Source of the DNA: Candidatus Kerfeldbacteria bacterium
GTDB lineage: Bacteria > Patescibacteriota > Patescibacteriia > UBA9570 > XYC2-FULL-38-9
NCBI GenBank assembly: GCA_043813585.1
Contig: JBDRKW010000020.1
Span: 265,034 to 329,033 of the forward strand
Reading direction: 5' to 3'
Length of the DNA stretch: 64,000 nucleotides
Part shown: positions 57,794-64,000 of the stretch, one piece after another
Position numbering within the stretch: the stretch's first letter is position 1
Layout: the number at the start of each line of letters is the position of its first letter
Position numbers and translations under genes: made by a program
The notes under the pieces: generated by a model
Told to the model about the DNA's origin: nothing
The model's database searches: none
The model's input: the letters and a program-made list of their open reading frames with translations, nothing else

Positions 57794-58963
57794 CTACATC
57801 ATCTTCTTGCGGATGAACGCCGGGATATCAAGATCTTCTTCCTCTGAATTGTCTACTTTTTCTTCATCCATGATGCTCTTTGCGGCTGGTGCTGCCGGCA
57901 TCGGCGCCGCCGGCTCTTCGCGCTGCGGTTGAATTGCTTCGATATCCCTGAACGGGTTTGTCGCCTCAACCTTTTTTGAAGAACGCGGTGTATTGCCAAA
58001 GCCCGTTGCGACAACAGTCACCTGCACTTCATCCTTCATATTATCGTCAATCACAGAGCCAAAAATAATTTGTGCGTTTGGATCAGCCATTTCCGTGATA
58101 ACGCGCGCCGCTTCGTTTACTTCAAACATGCCGAGGTTGGATCCGCCGGTGATAGTGAAGAGGATGCCTTTTGCTCCGTCAATAGAAACTTCAAGCAGCG
58201 GACTGTCGATTGCAGCTTTGGCCGCATCAATCGCGCGATTCTCACCGCCCGAACGTCCGATACCCATCAGGGCCGAACCGGCATCCGCCATAATAGCTTT
58301 TACATCGGCAAAGTCGACGTTGATGAGGCCCGGTACGGTGATGAGGTCAGAGATGCCCTGGACGCCCTGCCGCAAAATCTCATCTACCACTGAAAAAGCA
58401 TCCAATAATGATGTCTTTTTGTCGATTATCTGCAGGATTCTGTCGTTAGGGATAGTAATAATCGTATCCACCTTTTCTGATAGTTCATGCAGCGAACTCT
58501 CTGAAATTTGCTGGCGCTGCGCTCCTTCAAACTCAAACGGCTTGGTCACTACAGCAACCGTCAGAGCGCCTGCTTCCTTCGCCATCTGGGCAATCAACGG
58601 ACCTGCTCCTGAACCGGTACCGCCGCCCAGACCGCATGTGATAAATACCATATCGCAGCCTTTCAGGGCTTGCTGGATCTCTTCTTGATTTTCTTCCGCC
58701 GCTTTATATCCAAGTTCCGGGTCCATTCCTGCGCCGAGGCCTCTGGTTGTGGTTTTCCCGATGTGAATTTTATTTTTTGCAGGTGAATGATGCAGAGCCT
58801 GGGCATCTGTATTCACCGCCAAGAACTCTACTCCTTTGACACCGCCTTCCATCATACGTTCAATAGCGGCCCCTCCGGATCCGCCGACGCCAATTACTTT
58901 AATCTTTGCAAATGTTTCTATCTCGGGTTTAACTTCCATAGATGATTTCTTACTTTTTTTCAT
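57794..58963 (-). CDS. ftsZ: Cell division GTPase FtsZ
   Basis: Contains GVGGSGGAAI and GLGGGTGSGAGP, the tubulin signature. The C-terminal tail ends DIPAFIRKK. Confidence 0.95.
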   Translation of the reverse strand: MKKSKKSSMEVKPEIETFAKIKVIGVGGSGGAAIERMMEGGVKGVEFLAVNTDAQALHHSPAKNKIHIGKTTTRGLGAGMDPELGYKAAEENQEEIQQALKGCDMVFITCGLGGGTGSGAGPLIAQMAKEAGALTVAVVTKPFEFEGAQRQQISESSLHELSEKVDTIITIPNDRILQIIDKKTSLLDAFSVVDEILRQGVQGISDLITVPGLINVDFADVKAIMADAGSALMGIGRSGGENRAIDAAKAAIDSPLLEVSIDGAKGILFTITGGSNLGMFEVNEAARVITEMADPNAQIIFGSVIDDNMKDEVQVTVVATGFGNTPRSSKKVEATNPFRDIEAIQPQREEPAAPMPAAPAAKSIMDEEKVDNSEEEDLDIPAFIRKKMM

Positions 58964-59071
58964 GTTGAGACAAAAATGTATTCAATATATTATACAATTT
59001 TTGACATGAAACTAGTCTATCCTATACTCAAAAAAATGGCAAGACTTTCTGTATAAAAAATGTATACGTTC

Positions 59072-59094
59072 AAAAAAACAGCTCCCACGAGCTG
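59072..59094 (-). terminator. Short intrinsic terminator or attenuator between ftsA and ftsZ: a 6-bp stem followed by T7
   Basis: The minus strand reads CAGCUCgugGGAGCUGUUUUUUUG. A TATAAT -10 lies at 58994..58989, upstream of ftsZ. Confidence 0.45.
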
Positions 59095-59118
59095 TCTCAC
59101 CATACCAGTGTTTACCTG

Positions 59119-60369
59119 TTACGGCATGAGTGATTTCAGCCACTTTCCCATCCGGCCGGTCACATCTGTGACAGTAGACAAATTGCGCAGACCCGGACGG
59201 TTGGCTCCTTCATGCAGGCCTTGGCCCCACAGTACCAGACCAATCGCAGTTGCGAAACTCGGGTCTTCAATCTTATCAATCGGCGTCTGAATGTGCTTCG
59301 GGTATCCGATAGAAGCAGACATGCGGAAATGCGTCTTCGCCATATCGATAAGGCCGTTCAGTTTTGCTCCTCCCCCGGTAAAGATAATTCCTGCCGGCAG
59401 CTTGGCGTCACGGTCTATCGCACGGAGCTCATTGCGAATCATATCAAAAATTTCTTCCGTTCGGGCAGCGATGATTTCCGCAACCTCTTTTTTTGACACC
59501 AGCACTTTCTCATCCGGATTAATTTTGGCAAGGTCGATCTCATCGCGCTTGCCGACCTCTTCTGCCAATGCCGTTCCATATTGCTTCTTTACCTCTTCTG
59601 CAATGTCCACAGATGTCCGAAGCCCGATCGCGATATCATTTGTGATATGTCCCGAACCAACCGGTATGATCTTCGTATGAAGCACATCCCCATCTTCAAA
59701 CACCATCAGGCTGGTAGTCGCTCCTCCAATGTTGACCAGGGCAACACCCAGGTCTTTTTCACGCTTCGACAAAACACTTTCTGAAGATGCGAGCACCTCA
59801 ACCACTAATTCGTTGATATCAACGCCGGTTCGGTAGATTGATTTCGTGATATTCTTGACCTGCGATGTCATTCCAAGAATAATCTGCGCACTTACCTCCA
59901 GTTTAATTCCCGTCATGCCGACCGGATCCTTGATGCCGGTCTGGTCATCCACCGTAAATGTACGCGGAATAACATGCAATATTTCGTAATTGGGAGGTGT
60001 TGCCATGCTCTGGGCCGCTTCAATCGCACGGTCAATATCATCCTCGCCGATTTCACCGCTTGCCTTTGAAACGGCAACAATACCCTGGCTTTCCTGGGCA
60101 ATCACATGAGCGCCGTTCACGCTGACAATCGCATGCTCAATCGGCACGCCGGTCATGCGTTCACATTTCTCCAGAGCTGACGATATACTGGATACTGCAT
60201 CTTCAATTGAAACAACAGCGCCTTTGCTCACTCCTTCTGCCGGTGATTCTGCCGCCCCGATGATATGAACCGTCATTTCGCCGTCCTGGCCGGGCTTTAC
60301 CTGCCCACTTACAACACGGATCGATGACGATCCGATATCCAATCCTGTGATGATTTCGTCTTTAGCCAT
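59119..60369 (-). CDS. ftsA: Cell division protein FtsA
   Basis: Has an actin-like fold. Starts IITGLDIGSSSIRVV and contains VNIGGATTSL and IFTGGGAKL. Confidence 0.95.
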   Translation of the reverse strand: MAKDEIITGLDIGSSSIRVVSGQVKPGQDGEMTVHIIGAAESPAEGVSKGAVVSIEDAVSSISSALEKCERMTGVPIEHAIVSVNGAHVIAQESQGIVAVSKASGEIGEDDIDRAIEAAQSMATPPNYEILHVIPRTFTVDDQTGIKDPVGMTGIKLEVSAQIILGMTSQVKNITKSIYRTGVDINELVVEVLASSESVLSKREKDLGVALVNIGGATTSLMVFEDGDVLHTKIIPVGSGHITNDIAIGLRTSVDIAEEVKKQYGTALAEEVGKRDEIDLAKINPDEKVLVSKKEVAEIIAARTEEIFDMIRNELRAIDRDAKLPAGIIFTGGGAKLNGLIDMAKTHFRMSASIGYPKHIQTPIDKIEDPSFATAIGLVLWGQGLHEGANRPGLRNLSTVTDVTGRMGKWLKSLMP

Positions 60370-60400
60370 AATGAATCAACTGCTTTCGCATGTGCGGATA

Positions 60401-60787
60401 TTATAACACAAAATCAGCGATGAGTGTATAAAAATAGGGGTAAAAAATGATAAAACCTATCAACAATGCAGAAATCGATGATAGTAATACGAGCGCTGCC
60501 ATCATGTCTTTAATAATTTCACTATATACGTGGAGACGCGGCTGTAGAATATCAACAAATCGCTCCAAAACGGTATTCAGTATCTCCGCTGTCAGCACAA
60601 AAGCGACCATCAGGATCAATGCAACGGCCTCCCACTGCTTAATTCGGAACGCAGCCATGCAAATAACAACGATTATTGCGGCCAACAGCTGAAGCCTGAA
60701 GTTTTGCTCGTTTAAAAACGTATATTTTACTCCGCGCCACGCAAAGTAAAAGCTTTTCCGCAGTTTATTTATCTTCTTTTTTGCCAT
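60401..60787 (-). CDS. dgkA: Diacylglycerol/undecaprenol kinase (DgkA family)
   Basis: Is about 120 aa with three TM helices. SFYFAWRGVKYTFLNEQNFRLQ and AEILNTVLERFVD align with E. coli DgkA. Confidence 0.7.
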   Translation of the reverse strand: MAKKKINKLRKSFYFAWRGVKYTFLNEQNFRLQLLAAIIVVICMAAFRIKQWEAVALILMVAFVLTAEILNTVLERFVDILQPRLHVYSEIIKDMMAALVLLSSISALLIGFIIFYPYFYTLIADFVL

Positions 60788-61191
60788 AATTGTTCAATCG
60801 ATTCTTCTAATTGTTCTTGCTTCTGGGCCTGTTCTTGCGATTCTTCATGGTCATGCCCCATAACATGCACCAATCCATGGATAATCATACGCCGGGCTTC
60901 ATCCTCCACCGGAACTTGCAGTTCTTCAGCCTGCCGCCGTATCTGATCCGCACCGAGCAACAGTTCAGCGGTGGCCGTATCGTATCGGAACGACAGAACA
61001 TCCGTCGGACTGTCTTTCCCCCGGTATTTCTTGTTCACCGCTTGGATCTCCTCATCAGAAACCACAACAACCGTGACTGCAAGTTCTTCCGGTATTCCCA
61101 GTACCTCCTGTGCCGCCTCGAACGCTGCGGTAACCGCATATGCGGTCAATTCGGGCAGCGGCGTCTTTTCTATGAATTCAACTGATGGCAT
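60769..61191 (-). CDS. ybeY: rRNA maturation endoribonuclease YbeY
   Basis: The metal-binding motif is HGLVHVMGHDHEES. Contains DVLSF. Confidence 0.85.
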   Translation of the reverse strand: MPSVEFIEKTPLPELTAYAVTAAFEAAQEVLGIPEELAVTVVVVSDEEIQAVNKKYRGKDSPTDVLSFRYDTATAELLLGADQIRRQAEELQVPVEDEARRMIIHGLVHVMGHDHEESQEQAQKQEQLEESIEQLWQKRR

Positions 61192-61194
61192 GCG

Positions 61195-62355
61195 TTATTG
61201 CGTATTTGTATTGCTGTTGTTGTTAGTATTGGTATTGGTATTTGTTGTCGATGTCTTCTTCTTGGGCGTGTAGGCGAAACTGTCGACCATCATCTGGAAC
61301 GTCGTCTGAAAATGCACCTCATCTTTCGTTCCAAAATTATACAGGATGCCAATGATATAGTTGCTGTCGGCAAAGTAATAAGTGAAGCCGTCCGGACTGA
61401 CAATGCCTTTTAAGCTTCCAAGCGTAACCGCTTCAAGATCTCCCGGTTCAATATCCTCGTAGAGCGCGGCAAACCATTGCGCAGCAGTCTGTCCCTTCGG
61501 ATTATCCGATATAATGACTTCGACCAGTTCTCCATCGACGGAATCAGAGGTAAATACGATTTCCCTGTTCGTTTCGTCAAGAGGTTCTGCAAACCACTTT
61601 GCCGGATAATTCATCACCCATCCAAACTGCTTGTTGTCATACTGGATGACCTGGCCGGTATTCAAAAGTGTTTCATCCTTGTCGGACGGCGAAAAACCGT
61701 TTAAAACTTCTGTCCCGTCCACAAAGCCGTCGTGATCCGTATCAGGAAGCTCAAATTTCGTCCCATAGAGCGCTTCCTCTTCATCCGTCAGCTTATCCTT
61801 GTCCTTATCGCGCGCAGAGGTCACATCAGAGCGATCCGGAAACGGCACTGCCGCATTAGTGTTGGCATTCGCATTTGCGTTCTGATTGTCATTCGGGAAC
61901 AGTCCTTCATTGATATTCTCTCCCAGATCTTCATTCACATTCGTATTGAGCAGCGTGCCGAGGTTCGTATTGCTTTCCTCATTTGCGTTCTCGTTCATAT
62001 TTTCATTGGCTGCCGGCGTCGTATTGGCCGTATTGACATTAGATGTCGGCGTCGGTTCCTCCTGTTTCGTTGTCAGCTGCAACGCATACACAACGGCTGC
62101 AACAACGATGATGATAACAGCTACGACTAATGCGATAATAAAGGCAATTTTCTTGCCGCCGCCTGATCCTCCTTTACCGGATTTGGGAGGCATAAATTTC
62201 TCCGGCATCGTATACACACGGCTCTGTTCACCTGCCGAAGGCGATGGTGACGACGGAGACTGGCCGAGCCCGAGATTTCCTGTCTGCTGCGGAGCGACGG
62301 ATTGCGGCTGCATCGGCTGTTGGGGTTGTTGTGGCGGTTGGTTCTGTTCAAACAT
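61195..62355 (-). CDS. Single-pass membrane protein with a Gln/Pro-rich N-terminus, Asn-rich linker, TSP3/dockerin-like Ca-binding motif and a C-terminal TNTNTN repeat
   Basis: The TM is IAFIIALVVAVIIIVVAAVVYAL. The Ca-binding motif is DTDHDGFVDGTE. The linker contains NANANANTN, and the protein ends TNTNTNTNNNSNTNTQ. Confidence 0.5.
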   Translation of the reverse strand: MFEQNQPPQQPQQPMQPQSVAPQQTGNLGLGQSPSSPSPSAGEQSRVYTMPEKFMPPKSGKGGSGGGKKIAFIIALVVAVIIIVVAAVVYALQLTTKQEEPTPTSNVNTANTTPAANENMNENANEESNTNLGTLLNTNVNEDLGENINEGLFPNDNQNANANANTNAAVPFPDRSDVTSARDKDKDKLTDEEEALYGTKFELPDTDHDGFVDGTEVLNGFSPSDKDETLLNTGQVIQYDNKQFGWVMNYPAKWFAEPLDETNREIVFTSDSVDGELVEVIISDNPKGQTAAQWFAALYEDIEPGDLEAVTLGSLKGIVSPDGFTYYFADSNYIIGILYNFGTKDEVHFQTTFQMMVDSFAYTPKKKTSTTNTNTNTNNNSNTNTQ

Positions 62356-62360
62356 ATGAA

Positions 62361-63146
62361 TTATTCATTATTTTTTTCTTGTTCGTTGAATTCGCTGGCC
62401 ACATCTTTCACCTCCAGCAGCTTGCCGGGACCGTTTGGATTGAAGAAGTTGCGCACCTCTTCGCCATCCTTATACCCATCACCGTCTGTATCTTTATTGT
62501 TCGGGTCCGTCTTATAAATTTCCACTTCCTGCTTATCCGTTAACAGATCGTTATCCGTATCTACAAGTTGAGGATCCGTACCAAGCTCGGCTTCGCGCGA
62601 ATCCAGGAGACCGTCGCCGTCCGAATCCATAACAGGACCGGCCGCTTCCGGCTGCGCTTGCTCCGTATCAACAGGAGTTTCCTCAATAACCGGAGCAATT
62701 TGGTTAAGAGCATCAGTATTCGTGGGTGTTTGCGTTGAACCGTCGCCGCGTGTAATGACATAGTATGTAACACCGCCTGCAACGACGACGACAATCGCAG
62801 CAACCACAATGATCATTAGGCGCATCCTGCTTCCGCGGCCCACTTTCCGTTCCGCTTCCCTTTTCGGGCCGGCGACGCCTTCTGATTCCCGAGGCTGAAG
62901 CATAGGCCCTTCTTGTCCCATCGGAAGCAAATCAGCGAGCGGAAACTGCGTTGAAACATCCCCTGCCGGAGGTACCGGTTGCGCCGACTGCTTTGGCTGC
63001 GGTTGAACAGGCTCCGGCCTGGGCCGTACCGGCATCTGCGGACTGTCGGGCGCCGGATCGATATCACCGAAGATATCCTCCATTTCCGGAGGTGTTTGAC
63101 CTGCTGTCGTACCCGGTTGTGGTGGTTGATTGATTCCGTTTGTCAT
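62361..63146 (-). CDS. Single-pass membrane protein with a Pro-rich N-terminus and three thrombospondin-type-3-like Ca-binding repeats
   Basis: The TM is LMIIVVAAIVVVVAGGVTYYVI. The repeats are DSDGDGLLD, DTDNDLLTD and DTDGDGYKDGEE. Confidence 0.5.
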   Translation of the reverse strand: MTNGINQPPQPGTTAGQTPPEMEDIFGDIDPAPDSPQMPVRPRPEPVQPQPKQSAQPVPPAGDVSTQFPLADLLPMGQEGPMLQPRESEGVAGPKREAERKVGRGSRMRLMIIVVAAIVVVVAGGVTYYVITRGDGSTQTPTNTDALNQIAPVIEETPVDTEQAQPEAAGPVMDSDGDGLLDSREAELGTDPQLVDTDNDLLTDKQEVEIYKTDPNNKDTDGDGYKDGEEVRNFFNPNGPGKLLEVKDVASEFNEQEKNNE

Positions 63147-63164
63147 AGTATATGATGATTATTG

Positions 63165-64000
63165 TTAATCCCAGTCGCCGCCCGGATCAAGGACACTCGA
63201 AATTTCATAGTCAAAGCAATCCGGGCATGAAGCGTTCGAAATGCCCTGGCACGGACTTGCTGATAACGGATTCAGCTCAATGTAATCCTCTGTCGCTGTA
63301 CTCTCGTACTCGAAGTTTCCGTACAAATATGCATCATTTGCGTTTGACCGCTTCCACATATAAACATGAGAACTCACCGGACAGAAGAACAGGTTATTCA
63401 CCGGGTCCCAGCAGGTTCCCGCTTCATCCCAATAAATGTTGTTGTCCGGATCGTATTCACAATCTGGAGCATTCCCGTCGCTAATCCACGGCGTCGCGCT
63501 CGCTTCCCACGGCGTGTCCTGGATACTGGCATAGAAGAAGTTATACGGATCCTCCGGCAACGTAGCACCGAATAAATTGCCGAGCGCCCCCTGCCATGAA
63601 TTCCAGACGCTGGTCGTCAGCTCGCTGATATAGGAGCCGAAATTCTGGCTTTGCGGTTCAGGATACTCTCCATGAGCATCATAATAATCATTGGCTAACC
63701 CTGCAATCGTACCAAGGTCGGTTACGCGCTTCGTATCGCGCACCAGCTTGTATTTATCGGAGCCGTCGCAATCCTCATAGCTGATATTCATGTTAAACGT
63801 AAAGAAGTCGATGATCTGGGAAGCTATCTGGTCCATCTGGTCCTCGTCATTGAAAGTCAGCAGATAAATATTGTTATACAGCTCATCAATGCCGTCACCA
63901 TTCGTGTCGTCATCAATATTGCTCGCGCCGATATAATAGGAAGAACCATCGCGCACCGCTTCGTACCCGTCTACCGTTGTTGTGCCAGGTGAACCCGGCG
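63165..64000 (-). CDS. Cys-rich hypothetical protein, probably secreted; the 5' end is truncated by the window edge
   Basis: The listed ORF begins with a GTG, and the open frame continues upstream to position 64000. The protein is Asp-rich with about 10 Cys (CPDCFDYE, CEYDPDNN). Confidence 0.45.
   Translation of the reverse strand, partial: PGSPGTTTVDGYEAVRDGSSYYIGASNIDDDTNGDGIDELYNNIYLLTFNDEDQMDQIASQIIDFFTFNMNISYEDCDGSDKYKLVRDTKRVTDLGTIAGLANDYYDAHGEYPEPQSQNFGSYISELTTSVWNSWQGALGNLFGATLPEDPYNFFYASIQDTPWEASATPWISDGNAPDCEYDPDNNIYWDEAGTCWDPVNNLFFCPVSSHVYMWKRSNANDAYLYGNFEYESTATEDYIELNPLSASPCQGISNASCPDCFDYEISSVLDPGGDWD

Noticed and set aside
58989-59006. Plus-strand TTGACA hexamer at 59001..59006 in the ftsA-ftsZ spacer as a plus-strand promoter
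   Set aside because: No plus-strand -10 follows at the correct spacing, and no plus-strand ORF lies downstream. The minus-strand TATAAT at 58994..58989 upstream of ftsZ is the relevant element.
1-64000. Alternative genetic code (UGA recoded as Gly, as in SR1/Gracilibacteria)
   Set aside because: TGA terminates several well-defined genes in ATGA overlaps (3301..3304, 44470..44473). RF2, which reads UGA, is encoded. The standard code 11 fits.
1-64000. CRISPR arrays, rRNA, tRNA, transposases, integrases
   Set aside because: I saw no spaced direct-repeat arrays, no tRNA-like cloverleaf candidates in the intergenic gaps examined, and no transposase or integrase motifs in any ORF. The only repeats seen are short coding simple-sequence tracts (61201..61260) and the paralogous FG-GAP genes.

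Overview
The window is a 64 kb chromosomal segment in which nearly every gene lies on the minus strand; the only plus-strand gene is 6325..6759. Gene content suggests, but does not prove, a small-genome Patescibacteria/CPR-like bacterium that uses the standard genetic code. The code call rests on TGA serving as a stop in ATGA gene overlaps and on the presence of RF2. Recognisable housekeeping genes include clpB (5' part only), secD, secF, secA, hpf, murB, murC, murG, ftsW, lepA, murJ, tgt, lgt, glmS, prfB, nrdR, ftsZ, ftsA, dgkA and ybeY. A non-oxidative pentose-phosphate and gluconeogenic cluster (split transketolase, Fsa/transaldolase, rpe, rpiB, class II fba, glpX) is interleaved with a thiol-redox module (trxB, glutaredoxin, two DsbA-like proteins). 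A cobalamin-RNR module comprises nrdJ, a corrinoid adenosyltransferase, nrdR and a single NrdR-box-like palindrome upstream of nrdJ. The most unusual items are: (1) a promoter-to-terminator noncoding unit of about 410 nt between lepA and ftsW that folds into several long hairpins and matches no RNA class I can recognise; (2) a minus-strand four-gene cluster encoding a sigma-70 region 4 plus HARE-HTH protein, a membrane protein, a soluble VirD4/TraG-like coupling-ATPase homologue and a phosphoribosyltransferase; (3) a secD gene carrying an embedded parvulin-type PPIase domain; (4) two tandem paralogues fusing an FG-GAP beta-propeller to an L,D-transpeptidase domain; (5) a comEC split into two overlapping ORFs; (6) several large secreted or membrane-anchored proteins (beta-helix, TSP3-repeat pair, DUF4012, Cys-rich). 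No CRISPR array, transposase, integrase, rRNA or tRNA was identified.
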